Assembly (NCBI GenBank): GCA_045593785.1
Contig: JAZNXH010000185.1
Location: forward strand, 16,225 to 80,224
Origin: Lachnospiraceae bacterium
Lineage (GTDB): Bacteria > Bacillota > Clostridia > Lachnospirales > Lachnospiraceae
Direction: 5' to 3'
Length of the DNA: 64,000 nucleotides
Shown piece by piece: positions 59,496 to 64,000 of this stretch (positions within the stretch are counted from its first letter, which is position 1; each line of letters begins with the position of its first letter). The translations under genes and the position numbers were made by a program. Under the pieces are notes generated by a model, which worked only from the letters and a program-made list of their open reading frames with translations, was not told the DNA's origin and did not search any database.

Positions 59496-60416
59496 CTAAC
59501 GTAATTTTTTCAGTAATCGCTTCAAATAATCCGGATCATCCGCAACAAATTCAATATATTGCTTTGTTGAAGGATGAATGATTCCTAATAATGCCGCATG
59601 CAATGCCTGACCATTTGTATGAAAAGCTTCGTCATTATAATTGGAATATATCGTATCACCGACCAACGGATGATGTAAGCTCGCCATATGCACACGAATT
59701 TGATGCGTGCGACCTGTTTCTAATCTACATTCAACATAACTATATTTTCCTTGGAATTCTTCAAGTACTGAATAATTCGTAATTGCAGATTTTCCGTTTT
59801 TATCGTTAATCGCCATTTTTTTACGGTCGACAGGACTTCTCCCAATCGGCGCTTCTATTCTACCTGTTTTTTCTTTGAATACACCGTGTACCAGCGCGTG
59901 ATATACGCGTTTACCACTATGTTGTTTTAATTGTTCTGCAACGAATTTATGTGAGGTGTCATTTTTGCATGCAATTAAAATTCCGGTCGTATCTTTATCA
60001 ATTCGATGTACAATTCCCGGACGTAATATACCGTTGATACCGGAAAGATTGTCTTTGCAATGATATAATAACGCATTTACTAAAGTACCGTTAAGATGCC
60101 CCGGTGCCGGATGCACAACCATATCTTTTGGCTTGTTAATCACAATAATATCATTGTCTTCATAAACAATATTAAGCGGAATGTCCTCTGGTAACACATT
60201 TAACGGCATTGGTTCCGGCAATAAAAAACGGATGCACTCCCCTTCCGTAAGCTTATAATTGCTCTTTACAGTTTTACCGTCAACTGTAACATTTCCATCT
60301 GCAATCAGCTTCTGAATATAGGTTCTGGAGTGTTCCGTTTCGTAATCTGCGAGATAACGGTCAATTCGTTTCTCCGCATCGTCTTCATCTACATAGTATA
60401 ATTTTTCGTAATCCAT
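59496..60416 (-). CDS. rluD: 23S rRNA pseudouridine synthase, RluA/RluD family
   Basis: S4 domain plus HRIDKDTTG. ATG at 60416 follows AGGAC. Confidence 0.93.
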   Translation of the reverse strand: MDYEKLYYVDEDDAEKRIDRYLADYETEHSRTYIQKLIADGNVTVDGKTVKSNYKLTEGECIRFLLPEPMPLNVLPEDIPLNIVYEDNDIIVINKPKDMVVHPAPGHLNGTLVNALLYHCKDNLSGINGILRPGIVHRIDKDTTGILIACKNDTSHKFVAEQLKQHSGKRVYHALVHGVFKEKTGRIEAPIGRSPVDRKKMAINDKNGKSAITNYSVLEEFQGKYSYVECRLETGRTHQIRVHMASLHHPLVGDTIYSNYNDEAFHTNGQALHAALLGIIHPSTKQYIEFVADDPDYLKRLLKKLR

Positions 60417-60426
60417 ATTTGTCCTA

Positions 60427-60945
60427 TTAATTTTTGTTGTCCGGTTCACGTTTTTTTATTGAGAAAAATTCCAAATCACTGTCACTGTATTTGAAAAGAA
60501 TTAAATAGAATAATATAAATACAGATACTGTAATATAACAATCCGCAATATTAAATACAGGAAAACGGATAAATTCTGTTTGAATAAAATCAGTTACATA
60601 ATTTAAAAAAATACGATCAATTAAATTACCAATTGCACCGGAAAAAATAAAAACGATAACCCATAATAATGGCGCATATTTTTTATTGTCCGGTATACGA
60701 AAATACACATATACCATTAATGCCAAAATGATAAATGTAATAATGGTAAGAAATAGAATCGAATGTTGTGATTTACTAAAAATCCCCCACATTGCACCGG
60801 TATTATCGTGGAATACAAAACGTATTACTTTCGGAATTATCAGATAGTCACTACCATCCATAAAAAAGAGACGGGCATAATATTTTGTGACCTGATCAAT
60901 AATAATCAAAACGACTGCGCACAAAAGATGGCGCAGACGTTTCAT
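60427..60945 (-). CDS. lspA: Lipoprotein signal peptidase II
   Basis: IIDQVTKYY, NTGAMWG and FNIAD motifs. ATG at 60945 gives the usual length. ATG at 61002 would add an Asn-rich extension that overlaps divIVA. Confidence 0.9.
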   Translation of the reverse strand: MKRLRHLLCAVVLIIIDQVTKYYARLFFMDGSDYLIIPKVIRFVFHDNTGAMWGIFSKSQHSILFLTIITFIILALMVYVYFRIPDNKKYAPLLWVIVFIFSGAIGNLIDRIFLNYVTDFIQTEFIRFPVFNIADCYITVSVFILFYLILFKYSDSDLEFFSIKKREPDNKN

Positions 60946-60994
60946 ATTATGGTTATTTAAACTTTTATTTGTTTGCAAAGTGTTGGAATTGTTG

Positions 60995-61651
60995 TTACTC
61001 ATCCGCCTCTTCTTCCTCCAGATTTATAAATGATAATTCTTCCTGACCTTCAATCACATCAGAAACTGCCGGTTGATCGTCATCCAGATAACGATCAATA
61101 TCCACCAGCGGATTGTTCCAAAAATCCTCATTGTTCACACGATCTTCTGCCGGCTTCTCCTCTTCTGCCGGTGTACCTAACAATTCATCAACATTGGCAA
61201 TGCTCAAACCAAAACTATCACTTTCGATCAACTCAATCTGAGCTTTGGCAAGATTTTTAAACTGAGCACGATATGTTTCATATTGCTGCATCAGTTTCAT
61301 CGTTTGCTTATGTATTTTATTTAACTCATTTTTAGCATCACCAAGAACAATCTGATACTTTAACTGAGCTTCCTTTTCAATACGCTTTGCTTCTTTTTGA
61401 GCCAATTGTTTTGTATCTTCAGCAGTTTTTTCTGCTAAAATAAGAGCTTTTTGCAAGGTTTTTTCGATATATTTATACTGCTGTAATGCATCCGTAAGAG
61501 AGGTAATCTTATCACGCATCTCAACATTCTCACGATAAATACTCTCGTAACTGGAAAGCAGCTCTTTCATAAACTGATCAACATCTCGTTTATCATAACC
61601 GAGACCACCAGACTTAAATGTTTTATTTTGTATCTCAATCGGTGTAATCAT
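60995..61651 (-). CDS. divIVA: DivIVA-domain cell-division protein
   Basis: MITPIEIQNKTFKSGGLGYDKRDVDQFM N-terminus and coiled coil. GGAGG RBS. Confidence 0.9.
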   Translation of the reverse strand: MITPIEIQNKTFKSGGLGYDKRDVDQFMKELLSSYESIYRENVEMRDKITSLTDALQQYKYIEKTLQKALILAEKTAEDTKQLAQKEAKRIEKEAQLKYQIVLGDAKNELNKIHKQTMKLMQQYETYRAQFKNLAKAQIELIESDSFGLSIANVDELLGTPAEEEKPAEDRVNNEDFWNNPLVDIDRYLDDDQPAVSDVIEGQEELSFINLEEEEADE

Positions 61652-61681
61652 AATACCTCCAAAGAAATAGACAAGTAAGAA

Positions 61682-62263
61682 TTAAAATCCCTTTGAAATC
61701 GTAGGAGCATTGCCTCCAACGCTCTGAGACAACAGTGTTTCAACATCACCGGAAATAGATACAGATTCCGGTGAAACCAGATAGATACGTGTTGCAATCG
61801 TATTTAAGGTTCCGTTAATTGCATATACTGTGCCGGAAACGAAATCCATAATACGTTGAGCCATCTCATCGTCAAAACCTTCAAGGTTAATCACGACTGC
61901 AGTGCCGCCAACTAAAATATCACTGATATCCTGACATTCACTAAAAGATTTTGGCTTAGACACATATAAACCTAGTTCTTCACGATAACTGCTATTTCTG
62001 AACTGAACCACTTTCGGTTTTTCAGCCGGAGTTCTGTTCGTACTTCTTCTCTCTTCTAACTGCGTAATATTGCGTTGCGAAACATGTTCCGTAACAGTAT
62101 GCTTTGTATCGGTTTCTCTAACCTTATATGTCTGCTCCGGAACGGTTTGTTTTTCTAAACGTTTACGCTCTTTTTCTTCCTGTTCATTTAAGTATTCTTC
62201 ATAATCGTCATCTTCTTCCGAAAATCTCATGGAATCAAGAAAATTTTTGAAAAAACCAGCCAT
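61682..62263 (-). CDS. sepF: Cell division protein SepF
   Basis: C-terminal SepF core (AVVINLEGFDDEMAQRIMDFVSGTVYAINGTL). AGGAGG RBS. Confidence 0.92.
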   Translation of the reverse strand: MAGFFKNFLDSMRFSEEDDDYEEYLNEQEEKERKRLEKQTVPEQTYKVRETDTKHTVTEHVSQRNITQLEERRSTNRTPAEKPKVVQFRNSSYREELGLYVSKPKSFSECQDISDILVGGTAVVINLEGFDDEMAQRIMDFVSGTVYAINGTLNTIATRIYLVSPESVSISGDVETLLSQSVGGNAPTISKGF

Positions 62264-62281
62264 ATCAAACCTCCTGATATA

Positions 62282-62968
62282 TTATCGCTCACCGAAGATT
62301 GCTGTTCCAACACGAACTATCGTAGCACCTTCATCAATTGCGACTTCATAATCACCTGACATACCCATTGAAATTATATCCATGCATATATTATCGATGT
62401 TTTTATTTCCGATGTCAACCGATAATTGCTTCAATTGTTTAAAATAGATCCGGTTGGTTTCCGCTGCCTCTGTATAAGGTGCAATCGTCATAAGTCCCAT
62501 TACTTGAATGTTTGGTAACAGTGCAATCTCCTGTATATCTTCAAGGACTTCAGAGGGCGAATAACCGAATTTGCTTTCTTCACCGGCAACATTTACCTCT
62601 AGTAAAATTCGAACTGTTTTTGACTGTTTTACGGCTTCTGCACTAATAATTTGTGCAAGTGCAAGACTGTCAACCGAATGAATCAGGTATGCATAACGAA
62701 CTGCCTGTTTTACTTTGTTTTTTTGCAAATGACCAATCATATGCCACCGAATATCCTTCGGCATACTTTCTGCTTTTTGGGAAAGTTCCTGAACACGGTT
62801 CTCCCCAAAATCCCTAACCCCGCATTCATATGCTTCATTTAATAAAGTGATTGGTTTTGTTTTACTAACAGCAATCAATAAAACATCTTCTCGTTTCCGC
62901 TTTGCTGCAACACACGAAGAAGAAATCTTTGATTCAACATGTGACAGATTTTCTGATAAATAACCCAT
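62282..62968 (-). CDS. yggS: YggS/YlmE-family PLP homeostasis protein
   Basis: LIAVSKTKP carries the PLP lysine, and MGMSGDYEVAI is also present. ATG at 62968 follows AGGAG. Confidence 0.92.
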   Translation of the reverse strand: MGYLSENLSHVESKISSSCVAAKRKREDVLLIAVSKTKPITLLNEAYECGVRDFGENRVQELSQKAESMPKDIRWHMIGHLQKNKVKQAVRYAYLIHSVDSLALAQIISAEAVKQSKTVRILLEVNVAGEESKFGYSPSEVLEDIQEIALLPNIQVMGLMTIAPYTEAAETNRIYFKQLKQLSVDIGNKNIDNICMDIISMGMSGDYEVAIDEGATIVRVGTAIFGER

Positions 62969-62987
62969 GATGTTTCTCCTGTAAACA

Positions 62988-64000
62988 TTAGTAAATAATT
63001 CCGGAATCGACAGCATCCGATGCATCTAACGCAATGTGATCAAATTGTTTCAGACCATATTCAGTATCATTCTTTACCAGACAATACTCATCATTTTGCG
63101 TAATTCGTTCAATACGTCTGAATTGTGCATAACCTTTATTGATATTATATACACCCTCTAATGTCTCAGTTAATTCAATCGTATACATCGTAAAGGAATC
63201 CGGGAATAACACTCTTTGCCCCTGACGGAATTCAGAAGGGTCAATATAATAGTATAAGCCATCATTATAGTAAATTGTACTGGCTTTAAATGTATAATCA
63301 GCCGCACCGGTCTCTTCATCAATTTCTTCGACTAAGAGGCCTAAGGTGTTAGCATCATTGCCTTTTGTAAAATATTGAATTGGTACAACAAAAAATTCTT
63401 TTTCAGTAATTGCAGTCAAAGGAATTTTAAAACCTTCTGTTGACTGCCAACACAGTTCAATCGTAAGAAAACGTTCATCTAAATAGTTCTGGATATATTG
63501 ATCCATATAAATTAATACAAAATCCTGATTATCAATGTTGACCAGACGGAATGGTGCATTTGTACGGAACCCGTCTTCACAAATTGTAAAATCAATGGAA
63601 GACAAATTTTGTACGGATTTCATCTGACCATCATTTATTTCGCATAAAATTCCCCAACTCTCATCCGTTATATATTTGATTACAGGTGTATTTGCTTCTA
63701 CAATAGATTTTCGATTCTTATATTCCGCATAATTTTCTGCCAATAAGAAGTCTGAAGCCGATACACTATCTAATGTAATACCACAGAGTTCATCTGTATT
63801 ATACGAAATCAGACCTGATGCTTCCGATTGATAAAAATGCAAGGTGGCCGGTGCCGGATCCGGTACTGCATTGGTTACAACAGAAACAGAAAATGCATCT
63901 GAAAGTTCTTGTATTGTTGCATTAATCTCAGATGAAAAATGATAGAGGCTGTTATAATCTGATTCAAAATTGCTTTGACGATATGTATCAATCAGTTTAT
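62988..64000 (-). CDS. Hypothetical protein, 5' end outside window (possibly a HlyD-like beta-barrel protein)
   Basis: The frame stays open from 62988 to the window edge, so the listed TTG at 63842 is internal. No motif is certain. Confidence 0.45.
   Translation of the reverse strand, partial: KLIDTYRQSNFESDYNSLYHFSSEINATIQELSDAFSVSVVTNAVPDPAPATLHFYQSEASGLISYNTDELCGITLDSVSASDFLLAENYAEYKNRKSIVEANTPVIKYITDESWGILCEINDGQMKSVQNLSSIDFTICEDGFRTNAPFRLVNIDNQDFVLIYMDQYIQNYLDERFLTIELCWQSTEGFKIPLTAITEKEFFVVPIQYFTKGNDANTLGLLVEEIDEETGAADYTFKASTIYYNDGLYYYIDPSEFRQGQRVLFPDSFTMYTIELTETLEGVYNINKGYAQFRRIERITQNDEYCLVKNDTEYGLKQFDHIALDASDAVDSGIIY

Noticed and set aside
1-64000. Search for rRNA, tRNA, CRISPR arrays, IS inverted repeats and large non-coding islands
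   Set aside because: No intergenic region exceeds about 250 nt, and all of them are explained by promoters, leaders or terminators. Nothing resembling cloverleaf genes or regularly spaced repeats was seen by eye. A tRNAscan, Infernal or CRISPR-finder run would be the definitive check.

Overview
This window reads as a densely packed, conserved core segment of a spore-forming Firmicute chromosome, probably Clostridia with Lachnospiraceae-like gene content and AT-leaning DNA. About 70 protein genes are supported. In order they are: a 5'-truncated LRR-like ORF; pnp; an M16 peptidase; malQ; a TepA-like ClpP homologue; uppP; ftsK/spoIIIE; two tandem RimK-type ATP-grasp ligases; fhs; a minus-strand lacI-uxaC module; a TrmH-family methyltransferase; the classical ylxM-ffh-rpsP-KH-rimM-trmD-rplS cluster; yqfC-yqfD-phoH-(7TM-HD)-ybeY; a DUF3048 lipoprotein; a MurJ/SpoVB-type flippase; two flavoproteins; DUF896; 5-formyl-THF cyclo-ligase; miaB; rny; a Nudix hydrolase; a cell-wall and sporulation group (amidase, two DD-carboxypeptidases, a metallophosphoesterase, scpA/scpB); two unknown membrane proteins; radical-SAM/DUF2344/RNase G; rplU-prp-rpmA-obg-yhbY-nadD::yqeK-rsfS; lexA divergent from a LysM protein; and a minus-strand run of ttcA-like, tyrosine recombinase, BlaI-like regulator, AAA ATPase, rluD, lspA, divIVA, sepF, yggS and a 5'-truncated ORF. 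I found no rRNA, tRNA or CRISPR array, no transposon ends, and no non-coding stretch longer than about 250 nt. I see no convincing new defence or mobile system. The best leads are the uncharacterised radical-SAM + DUF2344 + RNase G module next to the L21/L27 operon, a complete SOS node with a YneA-like LysM gene behind three Cheo boxes, the tandem ATP-grasp pair between ftsK and fhs, an in-frame NadD-YqeK fusion, a possibly degenerate 7TM-HD protein, and a small accessory-looking recombinase/BlaI/ATPase trio. Start codons were chosen by RBS spacing and homologue N-termini, and several are uncertain. All family assignments come from motif recognition by eye, not from searches.
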